NCBI GenBank assembly: GCA_047495785.1
Contig: JBLDXI010000014.1
Coordinates: 558,001-622,000, forward strand
DNA: 64,000 nt
Direction of reading: 5' to 3'
Origin: Lepidodermella squamata
Taxonomy: Eukaryota > Animalia > Gastrotricha
Made by a program: the position numbers and the translations under genes. This document shows, piece after piece, positions 1 to 15,378 of the stretch; position 1 is the stretch's first letter, and each line of letters begins with the position of its first letter. The notes under the pieces were generated by a model. That model searched no databases, had not been told where the DNA came from, and was given only the letters and a program-made list of their open reading frames with translations.

Positions 1-2
1 GG

Positions 3-598
3 TTAAAAAAGAAGAAGGGAAATGACCGACTGCTACCTGCGACTACCGGCAAGCTTTGTTTTCTTAGCAGGAGAAAACAACGATGGACATTTTATTTGTT
101 CTCGAGACTAAACAGCGACTTAAATTGCTGGTGTAACATCCCAAGAGGTCTCAATTTTTATTGGGCTAATGTCGGGCAAAATATTCCTCAGCCAAATCTA
201 TTCTACAATGTGCGAAGTGTCCCGAAAGAATTGACACTGAAGGACACATTTAATCTTCTATGGACAAGACACCGAAGTCAAGGGATTATTATGTTAATGT
301 CTTTAAAGGGGCGATAATGCTCTTCCCAATGTTTTACTCCTTACATTAGCCCATAAATAGCCCCATTCATTTGTAGATTCGCGCGTATGATGTATGTATG
401 CACAGGGCTCAGTTTACTCTCGAGACACTCACGAAACATCAACTTACAAATCCATCTTACAAATCCATATCTATCTGTTATCGCAAAAATGAGCAAAGAT
501 TGACCGGACGCGGCATGTTGATCCCTAATGATGGACAACAAGTCGAAATGTTCAGGAGACCTCTCGTCTCAAACTCATGTTCCAAGGATGACGCATGA
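3..598 (+). CDS. Possible 3' part of an unidentified spliced gene
   Basis: A frame is open from position 3 to 317. A second open frame follows an acceptor (TTGTAG near 376) and ends at TGA 598. No family recognised. Confidence 0.3.
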
Positions 599-762
599 AT
601 TTGTTTAGCTTCTGACTCATTATTCTAAATTTTTCATCGATCGAATGGATCCTGAGCTGTCTTCTTTCGGGCTGCATGGCTCCTTATAACGGCCGCATAA
701 TAAAGAGGTAGATGGTTAGATTTTAATGATCTCGAACGAATAGTGAGTCGGTCTCAAATTTA

Positions 763-1850
763 TTAGAAAAATAGTATAAATGACAGTAGCTTAGCAGTTC
801 GATTCACAGAAATTGAAACTGATCATTAGGGTTTCTTTTCTCACCCAATGCCGCCGAAGCACAAGGAGGCATCCAAGCAGAGATGTTACCGTCCACAACG
901 ATGGGCGTATTTTCAAGCTGCTCGAAGTTTGCGTTGGCGGTCGATACTAGTAGTAAATGACGGAAGATGAATAATCAAGATCGGGAAGAAATGAGCCGAG
1001 TAAACTTACTAGTATAATATTGCCACAGGCAATGATGCTTCCTAAATTACAACCTTAAATTCGCTTATATAAAAAATATAATCAAGCTAAAACCAGAGTT
1101 TCCGGAGCTCATGCTCTCTTCGGCACCACCGATACCTGTGAAAATAATTAGTCGTATCAGCTTTCAGCCATGGTGACATCACAGAAATAATAAATATTTA
1201 CCGAAATCATCCATGGACTGATGGATTGCGAGGGACCTGCCGACTACATCGTAAGTTGCATCCTTAGATCTGCATTCAATTAAACAACAGCGGGGTCTAT
1301 ATAATTTATTGAAGAAACAAGAAACAACTCACCCAACCCTAATTAATTTGTCCGTGATGGAAATTCTGGTCTTTCCAGACGAGTCTGATCTGAGGATTCA
1401 ATAATGATTATTCGTGCACCAAAGATATAGGATACTCGCAATAATTTACCTAATATTTCCGAGATCCCCCACGTGTCGAGTTGATGAATTTCCTGTTTGC
1501 GGACCATGATTAACGCGCTTTGGATTGAAGTGCTTCCCAAGGGCTGAACAGCCGCCGGCCTTCGATGATGCCTGACTTTCGTGAACATGGAAGCCATGCC
1601 AATTATTACCCGGAAATATCGATTGCACCATTCCAGTTAGATTGACGTATCTCACGGTGTTTCCGTTAGCAAGCGTTTCGCTGAATTCTTGAAGTAAAAT
1701 TGTTCCCACGATATTCATTTCCATTCCGAAGCCCTGGGCAGAGTACATTACAACACTAGCATTACCCGTCATAACTGTCGTCGACTGCGACTCGGCATCT
1801 TCGAAATTAATCGCAATTATTGATAGCAGCAAAAACGAGCAAGTAATCAT
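763..1850 (-). CDS. Secreted Cu/Zn superoxide dismutase-like protein 1 (multi-exon, hydrophobic GPI-like tail)
   Basis: Signal peptide, then HGFHVH...C...HFNP...HG...RHVGDLGNI. Downstream exons give GRSLAIHQSMDDFG and GNSGSIIACGNI, and the tail reads SLWTVTSLLGCLLVL. The last exon and stop are approximate. Confidence 0.85.
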
Positions 1851-3167
1851 GTTGCCTATAAGAAAAGACTGGCTGTCAAATTTAGGGCCACTATAAAAGT
1901 GTGGGAAACGATATTATCGGCATGTTGCTGTTAGATTGAGGTGTAAGAGCGTTACATTTAATGGTAAACAAAGAGAAGGACAGGGGATGAATGAGCTACG
2001 CGCATAAACACAAACGGTTGCACTGAGGTTGTTTTGCTGAGCGCAAATTGCGGGTCAGAAGGCGTCGGAAGTTGCAAGTAATCACTCCGCGCTTGTCAAC
2101 CGCCATCTTAGCACTCAACAATGCTATATGAGTATATTGGCTGTTAATACGGCGAGTTTTCAGCCACCTCCGACGTCGCGAGGCAGGCCGCGGCATCTAT
2201 AAATAATATATTTTCGCGTATCCCATTTGATAAGGACATATATACTTACTTGGAAAAATAACTCTTCTAAGCATATTTTCCCCGTTTGTTTGCCTCGTCA
2301 CTTTTCAGTAAGCGATATATACGTGAACGCTGATGACGTTGCAACGACGGGCTTAGCGTTTATACGCATTCTCTATGCATTTTCTGTGAATGGCCAGGCA
2401 TATATAATATACCTGGGACGATTTTGTAGAAGAGAATACCTCAATATAGGCTCTAACTATGATTAGCAAAGGGCGATGACTCACATAGTCATACAGACAT
2501 GATTTCAACAAGAACTCGCATGTCTGGTATAAATAATGTAGAAGAAATGCTTGAGGTGGGTTTTGATGCAATCATTTGAGCACACATTGCTCGCCGTTTG
2601 ACAATCGTCAACTGGCATCAGCCCAAAAGTTATCAACCTGATAATACATTAAAATGTCATTGAAAGCTGGTTGCTTGAATATGGTAATTCAGTGATTCAA
2701 CATCACTTGCCGAGGATGCTTACATTCTTGCTCGTTTTCTTGCTAATGACAGTAAACAAATTTATCCACTTGAGAAGCCTTCACTGACATGTAGGGGGTA
2801 GAAATGCATTGTTTACTTCTCTCATAACTGGGATATATAAACATAAAAGATAATTTTATTTCTCCCGAGGTGAATAATAAATAATAGCTTCTACTACATT
2901 TTACGGGCTTTTTAATTTAAGTCTCGTTGCCCACCGAGAGATGTGTCGAGCTGCTGTAAAAGGAGTGATTAATTACGTTATCCATCTTGCATCTACCAAG
3001 CCATCAATGGTATGTTGACGTAGCGTTGATTCCAAACGCCAATGATGGCATTTAACATCATATAACAAATTTACCTGAGCAATCTTTTGCGAAAGTTTTT
3101 ATTTCAAAATGTTCAGTTTCAGCCGGATGTTCAGTGGATACAAAAAATATTCTCGATTTAAGCAATT

Positions 3168-4018
3168 TCATAGGAAAAGGAAAAGGGCCGCCAAAGCTTC
3201 TATCGCCGTCAAGATTTTGCTTAAGCCAAGGTTGAACGGTTCATTGGCGGAATTTCGTCCACTGGACTGCTGGTTCTAAAATATAAGCCATTTGTTAGTT
3301 GATTAAAAAATGAAATTAAGGAAGGGGCACGAACCAAGACTATTCCACCGCACGCAATAATTTTACCAGCGTTGCCGGTAATTTTGCTGACATTGGTCCC
3401 ACCAACGCCCAAATCGTCCGTTCCAACATGAATTGCAATGGCTCTCCCGATAACGTCATAGCGTGAGTCCTTAGTTCTAAAAATACCGAATACTGAGGTT
3501 CAATAAGGTGGAAGAAACAGTTGAAACATACCCGACTTGAATTACTCTGTCTTTGATATTGACGCGAACATTACCATCAGCATCGGACATTACGTTACCA
3601 AGATCGCCTATGTGCCTATCTGTACTGTTCGGAGAGCCATGCTCTTTCTGGAAAGGATTGTAGTGGGGACCCAGCGTTGTACATCCTCCGTTTAAATCAG
3701 GGAAGTTCTCGTGAATGTGAAATCCATGCTCAGCCTAATAAAACAATGAAATATGATTTTTTGTAACTAATGATTTCAAGTAGTTACCTGAGGAAAAATC
3801 GACTTCAAATCACCGGTAATTTCGACGAAAATCGTGTCATCACGATCTGTTCCTTGCTCACGAAATTGCTTCAGCGTCAATACTCCAAGACGGATCGTGC
3901 TGAAATTTGTGGCTGAAAATATTTCAGCTGTGGCTGAGTAAACCGCGGCGCGAATCGTCGCCTCGGATATGGCCCAGCACAACAGCAAAGTCCCAGCAAA
4001 CACGAAAAAAGCTTTCAT
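3168..4018 (-). CDS. Secreted Cu/Zn SOD-like protein 2 (4 exons, GPI-like tail)
   Basis: Signal [16 protein letters not shown]; [22 protein letters not shown]; [14 protein letters not shown]; [12 protein letters not shown]. The last exon ends [15 protein letters not shown]. Confidence 0.9.
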
Positions 4019-4868
4019 CTATACAACGTGAAATAACGTCAAATATATGCGATTTTCGGCAATTTCAAGGAGGACCGCTTATAATTGGATGGGTTAATCA
4101 TTTTTAGCATATGAGTGGCGATTGCTCTACCTGTTGGGTGTTGCGCAGAAACTTAATTCTTACTATTTCAAGACGTTAATTGGTCGTAGACCGCACATTT
4201 TAGGTTGCAGATTCAGACATACGGAAGCAACCAGCAGAGAATGCTTATATAACCAAACTAGGGCGCGCCGGTATAAACCATTTTCTGATGCGTTGCAGGG
4301 TGTTCAAATACAATGCAGTAGCAAGCTATAACGTATGCAAAAAAACACGTGCACGTTTTTTACAGGTCATTGTATTTGTTATTTGTTATGAACCGTCTCG
4401 CTGGAAAAATGGACTGATACTATCTCATACTCGAACACGTAGAATCGGCTGAGATGAAACATCATTGCGGTACTTTTATCACCCCTCTATAACACAATTA
4501 CAATCGGCCTCTGTACCAACTGTACATGAAACATGATAGCCTAGAAATACGCTATATCAATTAAATTTATGGATAGTGCGAAAAGTACACAGCGTACACA
4601 GAGTTGAATGGGGATCAGGACCTTATGAGTGCATACAACATATTCGAGCTAAATTGTTCGCAGTAATTTATTCCACTTTTTGTCGTATATTCCTCACAGA
4701 AAAGAAGCTCGCGATTTTTTTTGGTACCAAAGCTTTTCCATCATCGGCCGATCTCTTTTTAACTCATGTTTGTGGATTAATTTTGCCAGCAGCAACTGGA
4801 ATTTTTTCCAAGTCCGATTCCGAATTTTATTGATTTACGATTTGCGCTCATCTAAATATATTACGCCG

Positions 4869-5673
4869 CTATAAATATCGAACGGATTGTGAAAAGAGTT
4901 GAATTGTCCAAATAATTGAGGTTGCAAACGCGGCAGTCGAAAAGTAACAACGGCTAGCGGATGAGTAGCTATCCTGTTGATGAAAAACATGTTTAGGGCT
5001 ATTATTAGTCTGATTTTAAATCCACAAATACCGTCTTGGTAAGGATAATATTCCCACAGGCCATGATCGAACCAGCGTTTCCAGCGGCTAGGCTCGCAGT
5101 TCTATTGGCTCCTAAGCCTAAATCGTCTGTACCAATGTGCACTGCGATGGGTCTGCCAGCAACGTCAAACTTCGGGTCTCCAGTTCTATAGATAAAAATA
5201 GTCGAAGTAACCAGGGAAAAAAATCCATGTGTCGAGTAATATTACCCGAGCTGGATAATAGAATCTCTGATATTTACATAGACCGTGTTCGTTTGGTCGG
5301 ATTGAATATTCCCAAGATCGCCAACATGTCTCATGTTGACATTGTTAGAAGGAGACCCATGATCAGTCGAGAAAGGATTCAGATGCTTATCCAGTCCAGT
5401 GCAACCTTTAGCTTGTGTTGCGAGTGTTTGATGTATGTGGAATCCATGCAAGCCCGGTGGATAAATGTCATTTAAAGTGCCCGTGATTTCGACGTAAAGA
5501 GGCCTGCCATCATCCATGTATTGGCTAAAAAATAGGCGCCCTAGTCTGTCCGAACCGAAGTTGCTAGCTAAGTAGATATCGGCTACCGCTGATGAAGAGA
5601 CAGACACGCTTCGAACGACATGCCAGCTTGCAAGCACAAACAGTGCCAGTGTAAAAATCTTATGCATCATCAC
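4869..5673 (-). CDS. Secreted Cu/Zn SOD-like protein 3 (3 exons)
   Basis: Signal peptide; HGFHIH..C..HLNP..HG..RHVGDLGNI; GRPIAVHIGTDDLG; GNAGSIMACGNI; hydrophobic C-terminal exon. Confidence 0.9.
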
Positions 5674-6884
5674 TATTCGTCGGATTCAAAATCCTAAGAT
5701 TCTCGATTCTCGAGTAAGTATATGTCAAATGATGTGAGGATGGCTTTAAAAAAGTTGCCATTTGCATCGCACGCATAGAGACCTCAATTAGAAATGCGCA
5801 ATGAAAAATGTTTCAATGGAGGGCATATGCATTTCTTGAATTGACCGTCTTAAATACAAACCTTTTCTTTGAGGTGGTGTCGCCTTCGTCAGTGAAAACT
5901 CAGGAGCCTCATCAAGATCAGATTGGAATTTTAATTAATATAACTCATAATTATGACTATAAATCCTTTGGATCTTTACTATAATTCGGCATTTACGTTA
6001 GTATATGTCAGCGAGCCCTTGTGATAGAGCGCATTAATTTCTTCGCAGTGTTAACAATTTCCCTGAAATGAAAATTAGAAACGTCGTCACGCAACGTCCA
6101 GCAAAATCCTTTCCGGTGTTTAAAGGTGTTCATCATGTGCATAATTACTCATACATAAAGATCGAAAGAGCCATCTTCCAAGCGATTTTTCACGAAATTC
6201 ATCATGCATTGAAGCGTAAAAAACACACTGTAAACTGCTTCAAAAATTCTCAAGTCGGTACGACATTTGACATGACCAGCGAAGATGACAAAGATACTCG
6301 AGACTATTGACACCAAGGGAATTGAAACGATAAATTAGCTTATCAACTTTCCATTACCTATGTTTTGCGCTTCATGCAGATTTGGCTTTGTCAGAAAATA
6401 GGTCAAGAATAAATCCAATGACGAAAAAACGTCATAACATCTTTCAGCAGGGTCGATTACGGTATTCTGCGGTATTGCGACGGCTGCGTAAAACCCAAAT
6501 TGAGCTCGGCTGTGATCTTCAAGGTGTGTTGGACACCAAATTCAACAAAAATTGTCCAAGGATAGGTCGGATCAAAAATTTGATGTCATTTAATCAGATT
6601 CAGCGGGGGCGAAAACACTGTTACCATTCACCAGGGCACAGGTGCTAAAAAACAGGTTGTGGACACCCTAAAAGGTGAATTCAGCAGTAAAATGTCGCAC
6701 ATGAGCCCTAGGAAAGTAATATGTGGGCAAATTTTGTGTCATTCAATTTGCGCGCAGGTCCATAAAAACTTGTTACAAAGCGCATCTCTGTAACACTTGC
6801 AGCTTCGTCAGCTGCAAAATTTCGCTGCTGACTTATTTATAGACAGTCTTAAAATCCGAGTTATTCAACGACGCTAACGATTTG

Positions 6885-7694
6885 CTATAAATATCGAACG
6901 AATATTAAATGCGCTCGAATTGTCCATGTAGTAATTGCAGTCGCAAACGCGGCAGCCGAAAAATAACCACGGCTAGCGGATGAGTAGGCTTCCTGTTAGA
7001 GATACATCCGTTAAAGGCTTTATAATTGACCTAATTGCAATCCACAAATACCGTTTTGGTTAGAATGATATTTCCACAGGCCATGATCGAACCAGCGTTT
7101 CCAGCGGCCAGGCTCGCCGTTCTATTGATACCTAGGCCTAAATCGTCCATACCAAAGTGCACTGCGATGGGTCTGCCAGCAACGTCAAACTGCTGGTCGC
7201 CAGTTCTAGATAAAATTTGTCAAACTAATCCAGATCATGTATCTAACCTTCGAGTAATATTACCCGAGCTGGATGATAGAATCTCTGATATTTACATAGA
7301 CCGTGTTCGTTTGGTCGGATTGAATATTCCCAAGATCGCCAACATGTCTCATGTTCACATTGTTAGAAGGAGATCCGTGATCAGTTGAGAAAGGATTGAG
7401 ATGCTTATCCAGTCCAGTGCAACCTTTAGCTTGTGTTGCGAGTGTTTGGTGTATGTGGAATCCATGCCAGCCGGATGGATAAATGCCGGTTAGTGTACCC
7501 TTTATTTCAACGTAAAGAGGCCTGCCATCATCCTTGTATTGGCGCAAAAATAGAATCCCTAGTCTGTCTGATCCATAGTTGCTAGCCAAGAAGACATCTG
7601 CCACTGCTGATGAAGATATAGTCACGCTTCGAACGAAAGGGCTTAGCCAGCTTGCAAAAACAAACAGTGCCAGTGGAAAATTATTGTACTTCAT
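6885..7694 (-). CDS. Secreted Cu/Zn SOD-like protein 4 (recent tandem paralogue of protein 3)
   Basis: Same exon structure as 4869-5673 and protein-identical from HGFHIH to IIQLG; AVHFGMDDLG; GNAGSIMACGNI. Confidence 0.9.
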
Positions 7695-8411
7695 CGCTAT
7701 TCGTGTGATTCAAAACCGCAAGACTCCAGAGTAAGAATGTCAAATGACGACGACGGCTTTGCTACACAAGACCTCAATCACAACAAAGAAAAGTGTTTAA
7801 TGGAGCCAAAGAATCATCTATCGTGTTTATTTAAAGATACCTCTGTATTCGCGAGTAGTATCGTGATACTACTTTCTGGTAATAGTACCCTCTCGTGTGA
7901 TTTTTGAGCGTTACATTAAAAATACACCTGCACATATTTGGATCGCAGAAAAAGTTAGAACGCTCCAATTATCACACTATGAATGTCGTACTTTAATGTA
8001 CTTTTCGGTATTTGTATTTATTCAATCGTACATCCTACATCATCGCGTGGCGTTTGGAAGGAGCCACCCCTGTTTTATTATTCATAAAAAAGGCAACAAA
8101 TACAAAAGAAGGTGCCCCTTTCAAACGCACGGCGAGGACATAACTGTTCTCTACTCGCAGTGTACGGTGCGTATCACTGTACAGAAACGGTACAACACCA
8201 TTATATCCTACCCTTTATGATTTCTTTCTCTCATTTTGCGGAATAAGTATTACATTGCAGATGATGAGTAAGCCAGGCATCAACGTGAAAAAAATTGAAA
8301 AAGCGAGGGTTAAAAAATTATCATGTGCGAATTGGAACCAGGAAACATTATAATCATTCAATTTTTATTCATTGCTGATAGAAATATTTTCATAGTAGAT
8401 AAGATTTTGTC

Positions 8412-10234
<1,823 letters not shown>

Positions 10235-10494
10235 TTACCAAATTATGGGAAGTAAAAAGTATGCCGCCCGACATACTATCAAATAATATGCGCATTAAGT
10301 GGAAGCGCGCACGCACCTGAAGATACTACGTCAGCGGCACCGTGTTCGTTTTATGCGCAAATCTCACGCCAAATCCGAAAAAATCCATATTTAAAACGCC
10401 AATAAAAGCGTTAAATATCATTATGTTAGCTGTGTTTTATTGTTACGATATAGACATTTTTACAAAGCGACGCCCATAAATCGGGGCCGAGCGT

Positions 10495-11805
10495 TCAGCA
10501 GCGCATCCAGGCGCACATGCAAGAGCTGGCGTAGTTGACCACCACAACAAGCGGATTGGAAGACGGAGGCGGTGTAGTTATATCACTCTGAGTTGCTGTC
10601 GCTTGATTATCGGCGTTCGGTTTAGCTTGGCCGGAGAGCTCTTGGATCGGCTTTCCGTTTGAAGATTGGCTAACTGGACCATCGAGCTCGATATTTCCGC
10701 ATGCCATGATAACACCAGCGTTTCCATTTACTCGGCTGGTGTTGGCATTACCTTGCCCCAGATCGTCCTCGCCGATATGGACTGCAAATGATCGCCCGAC
10801 AACGTCGAAAATTGGATCGTTCGTGCTGAAAATAAATTCGATGAAATAATTTTTTGACTATATAAATTAAAATACTTACCCGACTTGAATGACTGAATCG
10901 ATAATATCCAAAACAACTGATCCGGATGAATCTGACATGACGTTCCCTAGATCTCCGACGTGTCTTTCATTTACGCTGGCATTTTGAGCACCGTGAGGCG
11001 CCATCAACGGGTTGTAATGAGTTCCAAGAGTGGTGCAGTTCGCCGGCTGCGCAGATTTTGACATGTGCACGTGAAAACCGTGGTTTGCCGACGGAAAAAT
11101 TGACCTCAAATTGCCTGAGATTGTTGCATACGCTGACTCGCTTGAATTGGCATCAACATACTGTCGGATTTTTACGACACCTGCCTCATCTGCATTTGCT
11201 TTCGATGCCAAGTAAATTTTTGCTGTTGCACTGGCCAGCAGTTTAGTTTTAAGAACAATTGTCCCGCAAGCAATAATAGCCCCTGCATTTCCGTTGACCA
11301 AACTCGTCCCGGCACCTTTCCCAAGATCATCTGTTCCGGCATGAAGAGCGACCGACCTCCCGACTACGTCGAAGACTGAATCGCCCGTTCCGATTTGAAT
11401 TACCGGGTCCAAGTCAGAGATCACAATGTCGCCATTTTCGGATTGAACGTTGCCCAAATCTCCGACGTGTCTCGCATCGACTTCGTTACTGGGTGAGCCG
11501 TGACTGGCAGATAATGGATTGTAATGGCGACCTAACGTTGTGCAGGCCGGATTTGAGACGTTTTCGTGAATATGAAATCCTCGAAGGCCAGGCGGTAAAA
11601 TCTTGGACAGCTTTCCTGATATTGCAACACCGCCGGCGTTGCTGTACTGTTCAAATTTTACCGATCCGACGTAAACTCGGTCGGTAGTGGCGGTTGCGGC
11701 TAAATAAATATCCGAGACAGCCGTGGCGATCACGTGATGATCATTTGCGAAGACTATAGTCGCATCGCTTAAAATAAAGATAACACTCAATGAGATACGC
11801 AGCAT
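10495..11805 (-). CDS. Secreted two-domain Cu/Zn SOD-like protein 5
   Basis: Signal peptide and two SOD repeats (GFHIH/HYNP/RHVGDLG/ALHAG/GNAGAIIACG and GFHVH/HYNP/RHVGDLG/AVHIG/GNAGVIMACG). One intron at about 10826-10879. The tail ends SSCMCAWMRC*. Confidence 0.9.
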
Positions 11806-12232
11806 TTTAGATTTCTAATCCAAAGATAAAACGCTTGTGACTGTGGTTAAGATATAGGGCAAAGATCCAGTCAGTACCAGCTATGGGTTGATGGCAATTT
11901 ATTTTTATGACTAATGACGCAAAATAGCGCCATGTTGAGCACGAAATGCGCCTATTGGCCTTAAAAGAGTACCCACGTGGCTGAACGCAGCTTTTTTCCG
12001 CAGACCAACTCATGTTGTCGCAGCAGTTTTCGGTGCCATTGTGGTAACAAAAAATTAGCCTTGTTATTCTGCGCGTTTTTTTCTCGGGCTAATAACGCGT
12101 TGGAAAAAAGATGATTCTCGGCCTTTGTAAATAGACAAACATAAGATACAATTTCATGCACAGGTCGCATTAGGGCACCTATTTCGAGCTTTATTTTTTC
12201 ATAAGAATACATGCCAATGAATGAAATACTAC

Positions 12233-12272
12233 AACACTGTTGCAAAAACTTGTGGCCCTGAAAAGGGCCGGT
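12233..12272 (-). promoter_or_regulatory. Histone 3' stem-loop plus conserved downstream element (H3)
   Basis: Minus strand reads ACC GGCCCTTTTCAGGGCC ACAAGTTTTTGCAACAGTGTT. Confidence 0.92.
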
Positions 12273-12300
12273 CGGTGTTGTTTTTTACTGAACCAGTCGC

Positions 12301-13290
<990 letters not shown>

Positions 13291-13342
13291 GCGGTCACCT
13301 GCTATTTCGACTACAGCTCTCACCATCAGCTCTCGACTACTA

Positions 13343-13382
13343 ACCGGCCCTTTTCAGGGCCACAAGTTGTTGCAACAGTGTT
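13343..13382 (+). promoter_or_regulatory. Histone 3' stem-loop plus conserved downstream element (H4)
   Basis: ACC GGCCCTTTTCAGGGCC ACAAGTTGTTGCAACAGTGTT. Confidence 0.92.
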
Positions 13383-14011
13383 TGACGATTAAATGTTGGA
13401 GAAAATAAATAATTATTGAAGAAATTACAATAAATAAAACCTTTCCTGCGAAAATGACGAAGCCAACTGATATTCTGTGCATTCTCTATCACTAAATCAC
13501 TCACTAATTAGGCAAGTTATTGGGTCGACCGTATACAGCGCATCAAGTATATCAAGGTGCTGGTGAAATTTTTATCCATCAGTTTTATATTCGATATCGG
13601 CATAATTGAGCTTGAGCGTTGAGGTAAAATTGCAAGTCATGCTTTGCCTGAGTTCGGCGAAATAATAGTTGTATCTTCGGAGTGCGCGTGCCCACATCAA
13701 AAGAATCCCAAGTTTATGAGGCGGTGGCTTCATTTTGTCAGTGCTTAACTTTCTCATACCCCAAACATTTCGTCTTGAAAAAAATAACCGAGTCGAACGC
13801 ACGACTGGACTTCGGAATCTACACATATACAGGTAAAACAGGTAAAACCTTTTGACTCACACATTGCTTTTTTTACTGTTTGCCTCGGCAATTGCACCGA
13901 TTATTGCTCTGATGATTATGGATCTTCCGTCGAAAAAGATGTAACTTGATTGAAGAAATGATAAAATCCCAGTTAAATTATTTAATTTATTCATGCAAAT
14001 CGATTGAAATT

Positions 14012-14051
14012 AACACTGTTGCAACAACTTGTGGCCCTGAAAAGGGCCGGT
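14012..14051 (-). promoter_or_regulatory. Histone 3' stem-loop plus conserved downstream element (H2A)
   Basis: Same 40-mer as the H4 copy, on the minus strand. Confidence 0.92.
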
Positions 14052-14092
14052 TCATGCTTTTCAAAAGCTGCGATGAGATGGAAGAGAGTCGC

Positions 14093-14536
14093 TTATTGAG
14101 ACTGGCTGGCGGCGGCCTTCTTCTTGCCACCAGAAGCCGGCTTGGCAGCGGGTGCCTCGGCGGTCTTCTTCGGCAGCAAAACGGTCTGGATGTTGGGCAG
14201 AACACCGCCTTGGGCAATCGTAACGTGCGACAGCAGCTTGTTCAACTCCTCGTCGTTGCGGATCGCCAGTTGGATGTGGCGAGGCACGATGCGCGTCTTC
14301 TTGTTGTCACGAGCGGCGTTACCGGCCAACTCGAGCACTTCAGCGGCCAGGTACTCCATGACGGCGGCGAGGTACACGGGCGCACCCGCACCGACACGCT
14401 CGGCGTAGTTACCGCGCTTCAACAGACGGGTGATACGACCGACCGGAAACTGGAGACCGGCACGCGACGACTTGGTCTTCGCCTTCTGGCGGTTGGCCTT
14501 GCCTCCCTTACCACGACCAGCAGCTGGAGCGGACAT
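14093..14536 (-). CDS. H2A: Histone H2A with an extended H2A.X-like C-terminal tail ending SQSQ
   Basis: ATG at 14536 ([10 protein letters not shown]); AGLQFPVGR histone fold; tail [25 protein letters not shown]. Confidence 0.96.
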   Translation of the reverse strand: MSAPAAGRGKGGKANRQKAKTKSSRAGLQFPVGRITRLLKRGNYAERVGAGAPVYLAAVMEYLAAEVLELAGNAARDNKKTRIVPRHIQLAIRNDEELNKLLSHVTIAQGGVLPNIQTVLLPKKTAEAPAAKPASGGKKKAAASQSQ

Positions 14537-14925
14537 TATTACGGATGTAGTTGTTTGAGCGAAAAGCAAAAGAAAATGCGATTTCTGAGCACGAACAAAG
14601 TGTTTGATCACTCTATCTCGGTTTATATACCCCGCTCTGGCATTTATTTCGCGCCTTTCGATTGTCTTTTGAAAATCTCATCATCTGTTTACGGCTTTAT
14701 TAACCAATCAAGGCGCGAGTCGTAAAAGGGCGCCTCATTACGGCACGCGCGCCAATTTGATTGGTCACCCAGGCACGCGCCATAAATAATTTGAACACCG
14801 GATGCGCCAGGGTGCGCGCACTAATGCCGGCCGGATGTTAAAATGAGAGCGGAAGTGCGTGCCTCGGTGTTCGGAAGCTCATAATTATTATTTGCTTATC
14901 AATTCTCGCTTGATTTCAATCGATC
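14537..14925. promoter_or_regulatory. Bidirectional H2A/H2B promoter
   Basis: Divergent gene pair with TATATA near 14624 and CCAAT/ATTGG near 14704, 14752 and 14760. Confidence 0.6.
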
Positions 14926-15300
14926 ATGTCGCCCAAAGTTACTGGTAAAGTCGCGTCGAAGGGTTCGAAGAAGGCCGCGAAGCCGAAGACCGCCGGCGAG
15001 AAGAAGAAGCGCCATCGCCGCCGCGAGTCGTACAACATCTACATCTACAAGGTGCTGAAACAGGTCCACCCGGACACCGGCATCTCCGGCAAGGCCATGG
15101 CCATCATGAACTCGTTCGTCAACGACATCTTCGAGCGCATCGCTCTCGAGTCGTCGCGCCTGGCCCACTACAACAAGAAGGCCACCATCAGCAGTCGAGA
15201 GGTACAAACGGCTGTTCGTCTCCTTCTGCCTGGCGAGCTTGCCAAGCACGCCGTTTCAGAAGGTACCAAGGCCGTCACCAAGTACACCAGCTCGAAATAA
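14926..15300 (+). CDS. H2B: Histone H2B
   Basis: [23 protein letters not shown]...[17 protein letters not shown]. Confidence 0.99.
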   Translation: MSPKVTGKVASKGSKKAAKPKTAGEKKKRHRRRESYNIYIYKVLKQVHPDTGISGKAMAIMNSFVNDIFERIALESSRLAHYNKKATISSREVQTAVRLLLPGELAKHAVSEGTKAVTKYTSSK

Positions 15301-15338
15301 GCTGCCCTGAAGACATCAACACCGTCTTCTGACTCCGA

Positions 15339-15378
15339 ACCGGCCCTTTTCAGGGCCACAAGTTGTTGCAACAGTGTT
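15339..15378 (+). promoter_or_regulatory. Histone 3' stem-loop plus conserved downstream element (H2B)
   Basis: Same 40-mer as the H4 and H2A copies. Confidence 0.92.

Noticed and set aside
6632-6710. Imperfect hAT-like inverted repeat CAGGGCACAGGTGC...GCACATGAGCCCTA, with nearby GGACACC repeats
   Set aside because: Only 11 of 14 positions match, the span is about 80 bp and there is no 8-bp TSD; insufficient to call a MITE.
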